Below, one piece after another: positions 8,414 to 18,151 of a stretch of DNA of 64,000 bases (position 1 is its first letter; every line of letters begins with the position of its first letter). Below the pieces are notes generated by a model. The model was not told the DNA's origin. It saw only the letters and a program-made list of their open reading frames with translations, and ran no database searches. Both the position numbers and the translations under genes were made by a program. The DNA comes from Candidatus Latescibacterota bacterium (lineage in GTDB: Bacteria > Latescibacterota > UBA2968 > UBA8231). The stretch lies in contig OZ241889.1 of the NCBI GenBank assembly GCA_965203355.1, forward strand, positions 1,632,001 to 1,696,000, in the 5' to 3' direction.

Positions 8414-9280
8414 ATGTGTGCTTTTGAGTTGCGAGAGAACGCCCTCGGCGTTGAAATCCACGCGGGCGATCGACTGCTCGCCCTGTACCGCGCCACCGAG
8501 GAACTGCCCCGCGGCGAATCCCCCAAGCCCTGCTTCGCGCCCCTATACACGCTTGCAGGTCAACTCGTGACCGAATATCGCCCGCCTGACCATGCTTGGC
8601 ACACCGGGCTGTACTTCGGTTGGGTCCACGTCAACGACGCGAATTTGTGGGGCGGGCGTTGGTACTTGCCGGAAACAAAGAAATACGAACACGTCGCCGA
8701 CAGCCATGGCGTGCAGCGGCACGATTGCTTCACGGCTTTGGCCGCCGATCAGGTGACCGAGTCGCTTTCTTGGCTCGATGGCGGCGATCGGCTCATGGCG
8801 CGCGAGACGCGCTCTTTTGGTTTTAGCCGCACTGAGGGGGGCTACTGCTTGTGGATCTCCACGCGCATTGAGCCCGTGGGCGATCGGTTGGTGATGGGGG
8901 CCTCGCGGGCGGCGCGCTACTCGGGATTGGTGCTGCGGATGGGGCCTTCTTTTGCCGAGGCCGACCACTATTGCAGCGAAGGTCGCCAAGGCCACGCAAA
9001 CATCATGCACCAACGCGCCCGTTGGGTGGGGGCACGCGGAAAAAACGGCGGCTTTGTCGCGCTCATGGATCACCCGCGCAATCCGCGCCACCCGGTCCCT
9101 TGGTTCACTCGCGCCAACTTGCTGGGCACGGGCCTGCTGATAGAAGGCGACTTAGCGCTGACTGCCGGCGAGTGCTTGGAACTACACCACGCCTTGTTCA
9201 TCTTAGACCAAGACCCCGGTCCCACGCAAATAGAATCCCTGTACGCGGACTTTGCTGCTTCCGCTGGAGAATTGCCATGA
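8414..9280 (+). CDS. PmoA-like (Pfam name) beta-sandwich protein, probably carbohydrate related
   Basis: KPCFAPLYTLAG..VTEYRPPDHAWHTGLYFG, YSGLVLR, DHPRNPRHPVPWFTR; ATG at 8414 with GGAG RBS. Confidence 0.75.
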   Translation: MCAFELRENALGVEIHAGDRLLALYRATEELPRGESPKPCFAPLYTLAGQLVTEYRPPDHAWHTGLYFGWVHVNDANLWGGRWYLPETKKYEHVADSHGVQRHDCFTALAADQVTESLSWLDGGDRLMARETRSFGFSRTEGGYCLWISTRIEPVGDRLVMGASRAARYSGLVLRMGPSFAEADHYCSEGRQGHANIMHQRARWVGARGKNGGFVALMDHPRNPRHPVPWFTRANLLGTGLLIEGDLALTAGECLELHHALFILDQDPGPTQIESLYADFAASAGELP

Positions 9281-10692
9281 GGTTGTGGTGCCTCCCGGGA
9301 TTGTTGCTGCTCGCCTGTGCTTCAACGCCCAAAGTGGAATACCCGGTCCTCGACTTGGCCCCGCCGGACCAATGGATGGCTGGAGCCTCAGAGGGCATCA
9401 TCACCGACCCCTGGTGGCGTGCTATGGGGGCCGTGCGTCTCGACAGCTTGGTGGCGTTGGCCTGGGCGCACAATTACAATCTCAAGATCGCTGGTGCGCG
9501 TCTGGCCCAAGCCCAAGCGCAAGCCCGGGCGGCCGGGGCGCCGCTCTGGCCCCAACTCAGCGCCCAAGCCAACGGCTCCCAGCGCAAACAAAATTTCGTC
9601 GGCTTGCCCATTCCTATGAGCGATCCGGATCAGGTCTTGTCCTCCGAGAGCGCATCCTTTGGCGTCGATCTGACTGGGAGTTGGGAAGCCGACCTGTGGG
9701 GGCGCTTGCGCGCGGGTGCCCAAGCCGCGCTCGCCGATGCCGCGGCCGCGGCCGCTGATTTTCGCGCGGCGCGTCTCTCGCTGGCCGCGCAGACCGCGCG
9801 GGCTTATTTCGCGGCGGTCGAAGCCGGGCACCAAGTCGAGCTAGCGCGCGCGGCCGTTGCAAACTACCGGCTCTCCACCGAACAGATAGAAGATCGCTAT
9901 CGCCGCGGCGTGCGCTCGTCGCTCGACGTGCGCTTGGGCCGGTCGAGTTTGGCCGCGGCCGCGGCAACGCTCGCTCAACGCCGCCAACAGCGGGATGCGG
10001 CCCTGCGCCAGCTTGAATTGCTTTTGGGGCGCTACCCCAGTGCCCGGATTGAAGTCGGAGCCGAACTGCCGGCGGTCGGCGGCCCGGTTCCAGCCGGCCT
10101 ACCGGCCCAGCTCGTGGGCCGTCGGCCCGACCTCGCGGCGGCTGAGCGCCGCCTCGCCGCGGCCGACCGCCGGCTGGCCCAAGCTCGACGCGCCCTGTTG
10201 CCCCGCATCAGTCTCACGGCCTCCACGGGCCGCTCGTCGAGCGCGTTGAGCGATTTGCTCGATGGCGATTTTTCGGTCTGGAATCTCGTGGGCAATATCG
10301 CGCAGCCCCTGTTGCAAGGGGGGCGTCTGCGCGCTGGGGTTGAGCAGGCTGCTTCCGCGGCTGAGCAAGCCCTCTTTGCCTATGCCCAGAGTGCCCTTAG
10401 AGCCTACGGCGAGGTGGAAGCTGCACTGCATGCCGAAGGCTTACTCGCCGACCAAGAACGAGCACTCGCCACGGCCGCGGAAGAAGCCGTGGCCGCACGC
10501 GCTTTAGCCGAAGATCGCTACGCCCGCGGGCTCGCGGATCTGATCGCCCTGCTGGAGTCGCAGCGCCGGGCCTTTGACGCTGAAAGCCGCTTGCTCGCCG
10601 TGCGTCGCCAGCGCCTCGATACGCGCATTGATTTGCATCTAGCGCTTGGCGGCGGCTTTACCCTTGCCCCTCAGCCCGCGGAGATTCAGTAA
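9277..10692 (+). CDS. Efflux outer-membrane factor lipoprotein (NodT/TolC family)
   Basis: Lipobox LLAC, SWEADLWGRLR, GLPAQLVGRRPDLAAAE, LALGGG; ATG overlaps upstream stop. Confidence 0.93.
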   Translation: MRLWCLPGLLLLACASTPKVEYPVLDLAPPDQWMAGASEGIITDPWWRAMGAVRLDSLVALAWAHNYNLKIAGARLAQAQAQARAAGAPLWPQLSAQANGSQRKQNFVGLPIPMSDPDQVLSSESASFGVDLTGSWEADLWGRLRAGAQAALADAAAAAADFRAARLSLAAQTARAYFAAVEAGHQVELARAAVANYRLSTEQIEDRYRRGVRSSLDVRLGRSSLAAAAATLAQRRQQRDAALRQLELLLGRYPSARIEVGAELPAVGGPVPAGLPAQLVGRRPDLAAAERRLAAADRRLAQARRALLPRISLTASTGRSSSALSDLLDGDFSVWNLVGNIAQPLLQGGRLRAGVEQAASAAEQALFAYAQSALRAYGEVEAALHAEGLLADQERALATAAEEAVAARALAEDRYARGLADLIALLESQRRAFDAESRLLAVRRQRLDTRIDLHLALGGGFTLAPQPAEIQ

Positions 10693-11915
10693 TGATGCGC
10701 GTTTTCAAAATAATTTTGCCGATCCTCATTCTCGCTCTTGGCGTTGGGGCCTTCCAACTGCTGGCCTCTATGCGCGAGCCGCCCCAGCGCGTCTCCCGCT
10801 CCTATGCCGGCCCGCTCGTCGAAGCCGTAGCCGCCCCGCTGCAACAGGTCCAGGTCGTCGTTGAGGGGCAGGGTACGGTGCGCCCCGATGCCCAAATCGA
10901 CCTAGTGCCGCAGGTGTCGGGCCTGGTGGTGTGGAAGGACGCCGACTTCAAGCCCGGCGGCACCTTTGTCAAGGGTGCGCTGCTGTTTCGGATGGACCCA
11001 CGCGACTACGAACTCGCCGTTCAACAGGCCGAGGTCCAAGTGGCGCAGGCGCGCTATCAGCTCGATTTGGCCCGCGAGGAAGCCTCCATCGCCGCGGAGG
11101 AGTGGCAGCGGTTGTACGCGCAAGAAGCGCCCACCGACTTGGTGCTGCGCAAACCCCAGCTGCGCGCCGCCGAGGCCGGTCTCCAAGGAGCGGAAGCGCG
11201 CCTCGCCGAAGCGCAGTTGCGCTTAGATCGCACCCGGGTGTACGCCCCCTTTGCTGGCCGGGTGCGCACGGTGCGCGTCGATGTCGGCCAGCACCTCAAC
11301 GCCGGCCAATCCATCGCCCAGCTATACAGCATCGAAAAGGCCGAGATCGTCGTTCCCGTCCCGGACGAAGATCTCGGCTGGTTTACGCTGCCGCTGCCCA
11401 TCGCCATGGCCGATAACGCCGGGGCTATTTCCGATCTCAACGTCGAGGGGGGTGTCTTTAGCCGCGAGGGCGCTAGCGCAGTGGTCAGCGGTGCCTTTGC
11501 TGGCCGCCGCCACGAGTGGAGCGGCCGCGTGGTGCGGACCGAAGGCGAACTCGATCCGCAAAGCCGCATGGTGCGCTTAGTAGTAGAGGTCGCAGCACCC
11601 TACGGTGGCCTGGCCGACGGGGTTCCGCCGCTGACGGTGGGGATGTTCGTCGAGGTGGCCATTGCCGGTCGTGCGGTCGATGGCGTCCGCGTCTTGCCGC
11701 GCGCTGCTTTGCGTCAGGGGGACCGCGTGTGGACGGTGGGCCGCGACGGCGTCCTCAGCATTCGCCGAATGCGCGTGGTGCGCGCACTTGAAGATGAGGT
11801 ACTGGCCTATATCGACATGCCCCCTGAAGAGCGGGTCATCGTCTCGCAACTCAGCGGCGTCACCGACGGGATGCAGGTGCGCCTTGCCGACGGCAACTTA
11901 GGAGGTCAACCGTGA
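10692..11915 (+). CDS. RND efflux periplasmic adaptor (membrane fusion protein)
   Basis: N-terminal anchor, PQVSG, helical hairpin, RTRVYAPFAG, GMFVEV. Confidence 0.92.
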   Translation: MMRVFKIILPILILALGVGAFQLLASMREPPQRVSRSYAGPLVEAVAAPLQQVQVVVEGQGTVRPDAQIDLVPQVSGLVVWKDADFKPGGTFVKGALLFRMDPRDYELAVQQAEVQVAQARYQLDLAREEASIAAEEWQRLYAQEAPTDLVLRKPQLRAAEAGLQGAEARLAEAQLRLDRTRVYAPFAGRVRTVRVDVGQHLNAGQSIAQLYSIEKAEIVVPVPDEDLGWFTLPLPIAMADNAGAISDLNVEGGVFSREGASAVVSGAFAGRRHEWSGRVVRTEGELDPQSRMVRLVVEVAAPYGGLADGVPPLTVGMFVEVAIAGRAVDGVRVLPRAALRQGDRVWTVGRDGVLSIRRMRVVRALEDEVLAYIDMPPEERVIVSQLSGVTDGMQVRLADGNLGGQP

Positions 11916-14900
11916 AAGCACCTGTGTCTTGGATGGCGAAAAACCACGTCGCCGCCAATTTGCTGATGGGTTTCATCCTGTTGAGCGGTCTGTTTGCCAT
12001 GATGCAGACCAAGAAAGAGACCTTCCCCGAAATGTCGCTCGATCAGGTGCAAATCCAAGTGCCCTATCTGGGCGCGACCCCGGCCGAGGTCGAAGACGCT
12101 GTCTGCAAGCGCATTGAGGAGCGGGTGCGCGGCTTAGAGGGGGTGCGTCGCGTGCGCTCCACCGCCGCTGAAGGCATGGGCTCGGTCAGCGTTGAGCTAG
12201 AGCGCGGGGCCGACATGGACAAACTCCTCGACGACATCAAAAGCGAAATCGACCGCATCGACACCTTTCCCGCCGAGACCGAAGAGCCGGTCATCAAGGA
12301 ACTGACTCGCCGCAATCAAGCCATCGACGTGGTGCTCTACGGCGATGTCGAGGAAAAGGCGCTCAAAGTCGCGGCCGAACGAGTGCGCGACGACCTGCGC
12401 AGCAGCGGCGTTATTTCGCAGGTCGAGCTCCATGGCGTGCGCGTTGATGAAATTGCCATTGAAGTCTCCGAAGCGGCGCTGCGCCGCTACGGCTTGACCT
12501 TCGCGCAGGTCGCCGACGCGGTCCGCCGCACGAGCATTGACCTGCCCGCCGGTAGCGTCGAGAGCGAGGATGGCGCGATCTTGCTCCGCACCGAGGGGCT
12601 GATGCGCTCGGGGCGCGAATACGAAGAAGTGGTCGTGCTCACCCGCCCCGACGGCACCGCCCTCAAGCTCAAAGACGTGGCCACGGTCGTCGATGGCTTT
12701 GAGGATACCGATCTCGTCTCGCGCTTCAACGGCCAGCCAGCGGCCGTGGTGCAGGTCTTTCGCATTGGCGACCAGAACGCCCTCGACATCTCCACCTATG
12801 TCCACCAGTACATCGAGGACAAACGCTCCACCCTGCCAGCGGGGATCCACATCGGCTACGCCCGCGACGACGCGCGCATCCTGCGCAGTCGCATTGATTT
12901 GTTGATCCGCAACGCCCGCCTTGGGCTGGTGCTGGTCTTCATCTGTCTGAGCTTCTTCCTCGACCTGCGCTTGGCCTTTTGGGTGATGATGGGCATTCCC
13001 ATCAGCTTTTTGGGAGCCTTTGTGCTGATGGAGCCTTTTGACGCCTCGATCAATATGCTGTCGCTGTTCGCCTTTATCGTGGCCTTGGGCATTGTCGTCG
13101 ATGACGCGATCATCGTCGGCGAAAACATTTTTTCTCACCGCAAAAAGGGAAAGTCCTTTGGCCGCGCCGCCATTGACGGCGCACTCGAAGTGGGTACGCC
13201 GGTCGCGTTCTCAATTATGACCTCGATTGCGGCCTTTATGCCGCTGTTTTTCGTCGAGGGCATGATGGGTAAGTTCATGTCGATCATCCCGGTGATCGTC
13301 ATCTCGGTGCTCCTGCTGTCGCTGGTCGAGAGTCTGCTCATTCTGCCGGCGCACTTATCTTCTGAGGGGGACGGGCCGCTCAGTCGCCTCTTTCGCCGGG
13401 TTTTCCGCCACCCACTCGATTGGCACGCCCGGGTCGTCATCCTCTTTGACCGCGGCCTCCAGTACGTCATCCGCCATATCTATCAGCCCACGCTGCGCTT
13501 GGCGCTGGCCCATCCGATTTCCAGTGCCGCCTTGGCCTTATCGCTGATGCTGTGTACCGCCGGGCTGGTTCATGGCGGTCATATCAAGTTCGCGTTTATG
13601 CCTGAGATCGGGTCCGATTGGGTGACGATAGCGGTCAACATGCCGCAGGGCACTACGGCGACTCAGACCGCCAACGTCGTGCGACACATCGAAGAAAAGG
13701 CCATCGTCCTGCGCGATCAGATCGATGCCGAGCGCGCGGGCGGGGCTTCAATCTACCGCAATGTCTTTACCTACATCGGCGACCAACCTACGGCCCGGCG
13801 TTCTTCCTTTTCCAGTGTCCGCGGGGCGGGCGGCCAAGGACATCTGGCCGAAATTACCATCGAACTGTTGCCTTCCGAAGAACGCGATCTCGACAGCGCG
13901 GAGATCGAGGCGCGTCTGCGCCAATCGGTTGGCGAGGTGCCCGGCCCGGAATCCATTGTTTTTTCTTCGTCGCTGTTTTCCGTTGGCAATCCCATTGAGG
14001 TCGAGCTCGCCTCGGACCATTTCGATCAGCTCTTGTTGGCGGTCGAGCGCTTCAGGGGCAAAATCGCCGAGTACGCCGGCACCGGCGATATCCAAGACAG
14101 CTTTGAAGAGGGCAAGCTGGAGATGAAACTCCAACTCAAGCCCCAAGCCCGCACCCTCGGCCTCACGCTTTCCGATCTCGCGCGCCAAGTGCGCCAGGGT
14201 TTCTACGGCGACCAAGCCCTGCGCTTCCAGCGCGGCTCGGATGACGTGCGGGTGATGGTGCGCTATCCCAAAGAGGAGCGCCGGAACGCCGGCGATGTGC
14301 GCTCGATGCGCATCCGCACGCCTTCGGGTGCTGAGGTGCCCTTTGCCGAGGTGGCCACCGTGGCCGTCGGCCACGCCTATGCCTCCATCCAGCGCACCGA
14401 TGGCCAGCGCGTTGTGCGGGTAAGTGCCTCGGTAGATGACCAAATCGCCAACGCCGACGAAATCAATCGCGATCTCGAAGCGTTTTTCCTGCCCGCCTTG
14501 GTGCAGGACTATCCCGGCCTGCGCTACCGCTTCGGTGGCGAGCAGCAGGAGCAGCAGGACTCGCTACAGAGCTTGTTGTTCAACTTCGTCATCGCGCTGG
14601 CCGCCATCTACGTGCTGCTGGCCGTGCCATTCAAATCGTACACCCAGCCCCTCGTCGTCATGAGCGCGATTCCCTTTGGCATCATTGGCGCGGTTTGGGG
14701 GCATCTGCTGATGGGCTTGGATTTGGCCCTTTTGAGCTTGTTTGGGATCGTCGCGCTCTCGGGCGTGGTGGTCAACGATTCGCTGGTGCTGCTGACCTTC
14801 TACAACCAGATGCGGCGCGAAGGTACGCCGCACGAAGAAGCACTGGTCGCAGCCGGAGCCGCGCGTTTCCGTCCGATCCTACTTACCTCGCTGACGACCT

Positions 14901-15115
14901 TCTTTGGGCTCCTGCCGATGATCCTCGAAAAAAGCCTTCAAGCGCAGTTCCTGATCCCCATGGCGGTCAGCTTGGGTTTTGGCATCCTCTTTGCCACCTT
15001 CATCATTTTGTTGGGCGTCCCAGTGGGCATGCGCCTGCTGGTGGGTTTCTTGGAGTTTTGGGGGCGGTTGAGCGAGAGCAAGGGTGCCGAGGTCGCGCCG
15101 GTTACCGGCTCTTGA
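11912..15115 (+). CDS. RND efflux permease (AcrB/AcrD/AcrF family)
   Basis: 1067 aa; GIVVDDAIIVGENI, GVVVNDSLVL, RFRPILLTSLTT. Confidence 0.95.
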   Translation: MKAPVSWMAKNHVAANLLMGFILLSGLFAMMQTKKETFPEMSLDQVQIQVPYLGATPAEVEDAVCKRIEERVRGLEGVRRVRSTAAEGMGSVSVELERGADMDKLLDDIKSEIDRIDTFPAETEEPVIKELTRRNQAIDVVLYGDVEEKALKVAAERVRDDLRSSGVISQVELHGVRVDEIAIEVSEAALRRYGLTFAQVADAVRRTSIDLPAGSVESEDGAILLRTEGLMRSGREYEEVVVLTRPDGTALKLKDVATVVDGFEDTDLVSRFNGQPAAVVQVFRIGDQNALDISTYVHQYIEDKRSTLPAGIHIGYARDDARILRSRIDLLIRNARLGLVLVFICLSFFLDLRLAFWVMMGIPISFLGAFVLMEPFDASINMLSLFAFIVALGIVVDDAIIVGENIFSHRKKGKSFGRAAIDGALEVGTPVAFSIMTSIAAFMPLFFVEGMMGKFMSIIPVIVISVLLLSLVESLLILPAHLSSEGDGPLSRLFRRVFRHPLDWHARVVILFDRGLQYVIRHIYQPTLRLALAHPISSAALALSLMLCTAGLVHGGHIKFAFMPEIGSDWVTIAVNMPQGTTATQTANVVRHIEEKAIVLRDQIDAERAGGASIYRNVFTYIGDQPTARRSSFSSVRGAGGQGHLAEITIELLPSEERDLDSAEIEARLRQSVGEVPGPESIVFSSSLFSVGNPIEVELASDHFDQLLLAVERFRGKIAEYAGTGDIQDSFEEGKLEMKLQLKPQARTLGLTLSDLARQVRQGFYGDQALRFQRGSDDVRVMVRYPKEERRNAGDVRSMRIRTPSGAEVPFAEVATVAVGHAYASIQRTDGQRVVRVSASVDDQIANADEINRDLEAFFLPALVQDYPGLRYRFGGEQQEQQDSLQSLLFNFVIALAAIYVLLAVPFKSYTQPLVVMSAIPFGIIGAVWGHLLMGLDLALLSLFGIVALSGVVVNDSLVLLTFYNQMRREGTPHEEALVAAGAARFRPILLTSLTTFFGLLPMILEKSLQAQFLIPMAVSLGFGILFATFIILLGVPVGMRLLVGFLEFWGRLSESKGAEVAPVTGS

Positions 15116-16752
15116 AGGGTTGTGGTGTGCTGCTGCTGTGGATGGCGGCCTGCGCGCCTACGGACGACCGGCCCTTCGTCGACAAGGCTAGTGAGTGGGG
15201 CATAGAGCGGCCCCACGTCGGCGGCGGCGCGGAAAAGCGCTATATCGTCGAAGCCAAAGGCGGTGGGGCCGCGCTGCTCGACGCGGATGGCGATGGCGAT
15301 TTGGATATCTATTGGGTCAATGGGGAGGGCGGCGACAATGCGCTCTACCGCAACGACCGCGGCCGGGGCTTTGTCGATCGAGCGGCCGCGGCCCGGGTCT
15401 TGGGGCGCGGCTGGGGCATGGGTGCGCTGAGCGCGGATTACGATGCCGACGGCGATGCCGACCTGTACATCACCTGCCTGCGGGAAAACATCCTCTATCG
15501 CAACGACGGATTAGAGCAATTCGCCGATGCCACGGCCCGCGCTGGGTTGGCGCTGCCGGTGTGGAGTACGGGCGCGGCCATGGGCGATGCGGACTTGGAC
15601 GGCGACTTGGATTTGTACGTGGCCAATTACGCGGATTTTGACTCGACGGTGGTGCGGCCCTTGGGGACGCAGTGGAAGGGCCGCGACGTATTCATCGGCC
15701 CGCTGGGCTTGCCCGCGCTCCCAGACGCGCTCTACCGCAACGATGGGGCTGGCCTCTTTGCCGAGGTGACGGCGGCTAGCGGCCTCGAGCCGCGCGATCC
15801 GGGCTATGGGTTTGCCGTATTGTTCATCGACAGCGACGACGACGGGGATTTGGACCTGTACGTCGCCAACGACTCAACGCCCAATTTCCTCTACCGCAAC
15901 GATGGCGCGGGTATCTTTGCCGAAGTGGGGCTACAGGCCCATGCCGCGCTGGGGGAAACGGGCTTGGCGCAGGCTGGCATGGGCGCGGCTTGGGGCGATT
16001 TTGACAACGATGGCGACGGCGATTTGCTGGTCACCAATTTTGAAGACGACTACAACACGCTCTACCGCAACACCGGCGGCGCGTTTGCGGATGTGAGTTT
16101 TGCCGCGGGCTTGGGCCGCCTCAGCTTGCCCCACGTGGGTTTTGGCGCGGTCTTTTTCGACTTTGACAACGACGCCGACCAAGACTTGTTCGTGGCTAAC
16201 GGGCATGTGTACCCGCAGATCGAACGCCCGGGCAGCGGCGCGACCTACGCGCAAGCCAATCACTTGTTCGCCAATGACGCTGGACGTTTCCGCCTCGTCG
16301 AGTTGGGTGAGGACCGGGCGGTCAGTCGCGGCGCGGTGGCCGGGGATTTTGACGACGATGGCCGCGTGGATCTGTTCGTCACCAATCTCAACGGCCAGCC
16401 CTCCTTGCTGCACAACCAGATGGCCGCTGCTCATCACTGGCTCGGTGTGCGTCTCGTGGGCGCGGGGAAAAACCGCGAGGCCGTTGGCGCGAAGGTCGTA
16501 TTGTGGAGCGGCGGCCAAAGACAGCGGCGGGACGTGCTCTGCGGCGAGAGCTTCTTGAGCAGCGGCGACCGGCGCGTTCACTTTGGCTTGGGTGCGGCGG
16601 GCCGGGCGGATTCGCTGCACATTTACTGGCCGAGCGGTGTGCTGCAACGGCTGGCTAACTTGCCGATTGACACGTATGTGAACGTTGTGGAAGGGGGGAG
16701 GGGTTGGGGCGTGGCAAATAGGACGGTTCGAGGGGATTCAAGAGCAGATTAA
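15112..16752 (+). CDS. CRTAC1 family protein (FG-GAP/VCBS repeats plus ASPIC/UnbV domain), probable lipoprotein
   Basis: Repeated DxDxDGDxDL motifs; AVGAKV...ESFLS...VHFGLG...IYWPSG; TTG at 15112 overlaps the RND stop; MAAC lipobox. Confidence 0.88.
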   Translation: MKGCGVLLLWMAACAPTDDRPFVDKASEWGIERPHVGGGAEKRYIVEAKGGGAALLDADGDGDLDIYWVNGEGGDNALYRNDRGRGFVDRAAAARVLGRGWGMGALSADYDADGDADLYITCLRENILYRNDGLEQFADATARAGLALPVWSTGAAMGDADLDGDLDLYVANYADFDSTVVRPLGTQWKGRDVFIGPLGLPALPDALYRNDGAGLFAEVTAASGLEPRDPGYGFAVLFIDSDDDGDLDLYVANDSTPNFLYRNDGAGIFAEVGLQAHAALGETGLAQAGMGAAWGDFDNDGDGDLLVTNFEDDYNTLYRNTGGAFADVSFAAGLGRLSLPHVGFGAVFFDFDNDADQDLFVANGHVYPQIERPGSGATYAQANHLFANDAGRFRLVELGEDRAVSRGAVAGDFDDDGRVDLFVTNLNGQPSLLHNQMAAAHHWLGVRLVGAGKNREAVGAKVVLWSGGQRQRRDVLCGESFLSSGDRRVHFGLGAAGRADSLHIYWPSGVLQRLANLPIDTYVNVVEGGRGWGVANRTVRGDSRAD

Positions 16753-16779
16753 CGAGCGGCTAAACAATTGGTACGTGCG

Positions 16780-17242
16780 TTATGCAAATGGAATAGGAAG
16801 CTGAGCGGGTATATCTGGAGTAGAAATCCGCAGAGGCGAATCTCCCAATTGGCCGTTCAATCGCAAAAGGTCATCGTCAAAAGTATACAACACGTCAACG
16901 CCTTCGGTCATTGAGGCTGTTGCCACGTGGATAGAGTCCTTAGGATTAAGGTGAGGATAGCGCCATATTAAGATCGCGAGCCCATTCGGCTGTTCGTCGA
17001 TCTACGTTGACAATACTTACGAACTCTTGTTCAAAAAATTCCTTGATGGTCTCTTCTTTACTTTGAGACAATGGTTGCTGGCCTTTGATCTTGATAACCT
17101 CCGTCAATGTTAATGCCGAAGTGATTATTTTCACTTCTCCCTTCTCAGAGGAAATAACTAATCCACGACAGGCTTCTACTTTGTCCCGCTCTCGGTTGAA
17201 CCATCCGATAAATACGTCGGCATCGCAATACACTTTCCGCAT
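16780..17242 (-). pseudogene. PIN-domain (VapC-like) ribonuclease with a single-base frameshift
   Basis: First frame MRKVYCDADVF...TSALTLTEV...EWARDL; shifted frame continues IWRYPHLNPKDSIHVATA...LYTFDDDLL...PIPFA to TAA at 16780. Span is 463 nt (3n+1). Confidence 0.85.
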
Positions 17243-17248
17243 ATGGGA

Positions 17249-18004
17249 TCACTCAGCGAGAATACCCAGCACATCGTTCCAAGATGGCAGTTCGTTTTTG
17301 GGGCGAAGTTTTCTAAATTCCTCAACATTGATATTGATCGGCGTACCATTGCGCCGATATTGAATAAGCCCTGAAACCGATACGCGCCGATCCATCTTAG
17401 GATCAAAAGACCGCAGCACATCGTCCCACAATTCGCTAGGGAAATAGCAGTTGATATTGCGGCCCGATATATCATCATCAATAGAAAAGCGCGTCTTGCC
17501 TCGCCTGCTGAGCACTTGAATCCGTCCTTCAACCGTACCGTGGACAGCGTATTTTCCTTGTAATAACTGGTCGACCGACGCAACAGATCGAGACGACATT
17601 TTAGTAGCCTGTCCTTTGTATCGGACCTGTACTGTACTCAGATCGCCTTCGGACTGGGAGAGCACTTCGCCCATGGTCTTGGCAGCCTCCAATGCTTTTT
17701 CCAAAAAATGCTCAGGCCAGACATCATCCCCCACTTCAAGGGCCGCAAGCCCAGTTTGAATCGCATCAATGGCCACAGGGATCTTTTCGGGGCGCAGCCT
17801 ATTTGCTTCTGGAGTGATGTGTACGCGTACGCTGCCCGGCTCAACCGAAAGAAGCCAATCTAAAGCGTGCGACTTCCCGGCTACGCTATTGGCTACCTCA
17901 TCGGCCATTTGCAAGAACGCATTAAAGCCTTTTCTAAAATGCTGGGCCGTAATCCGCGGACCGTCAATCTCAAACACAAGCGAATTTGGCGAGGATTTGG
18001 TCAT
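17249..18004 (-). CDS. Hypothetical protein upstream of the PIN gene; C-terminal OB-fold-like region
   Basis: 251-aa ORF in an AT-richer islet, ending 6 nt before the PIN start; beta-rich GTVEGRI..FSI..INCYF..RVSVSGLIQY..INVEE. Confidence 0.75.
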   Translation of the reverse strand: MTKSSPNSLVFEIDGPRITAQHFRKGFNAFLQMADEVANSVAGKSHALDWLLSVEPGSVRVHITPEANRLRPEKIPVAIDAIQTGLAALEVGDDVWPEHFLEKALEAAKTMGEVLSQSEGDLSTVQVRYKGQATKMSSRSVASVDQLLQGKYAVHGTVEGRIQVLSRRGKTRFSIDDDISGRNINCYFPSELWDDVLRSFDPKMDRRVSVSGLIQYRRNGTPININVEEFRKLRPKNELPSWNDVLGILAE

Positions 18005-18106
18005 GGGTAGAAGGTTCAAGTTCCAGTTTATAAAGGAGTTGGCAAAGTAATGTTCCTGTATCACAGAATCAAGCTAAATTTTGGATGCCGTGTAAATCTA
18101 GTGCTC

Positions 18107-18138
18107 AAAAAACGCGGGGCAATCAGGATGCCGCCGCG
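18107..18138 (-). terminator. Rho-independent terminator after the DUF4159 gene
   Basis: Minus strand CGCGGCGGCA-TCCTGAT-TGCCCCGCG-TTTTTT. Confidence 0.75.
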
Positions 18139-18151
18139 ATCGCTTGCATTC

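Noticed and set aside
8971-9276. Long N-terminal extensions in the ORF track (OMF here; also CRTAC1, maf, lptD, cmk, scpA/B, pgsA, CBM9)
   Set aside because: They overlap upstream genes; internal starts with RBS or stop/start overlap fit better
8414-9280. Methane monooxygenase subunit
   Set aside because: Soluble beta-rich protein with no TM helices and no pmoBC; the domain name is misleading
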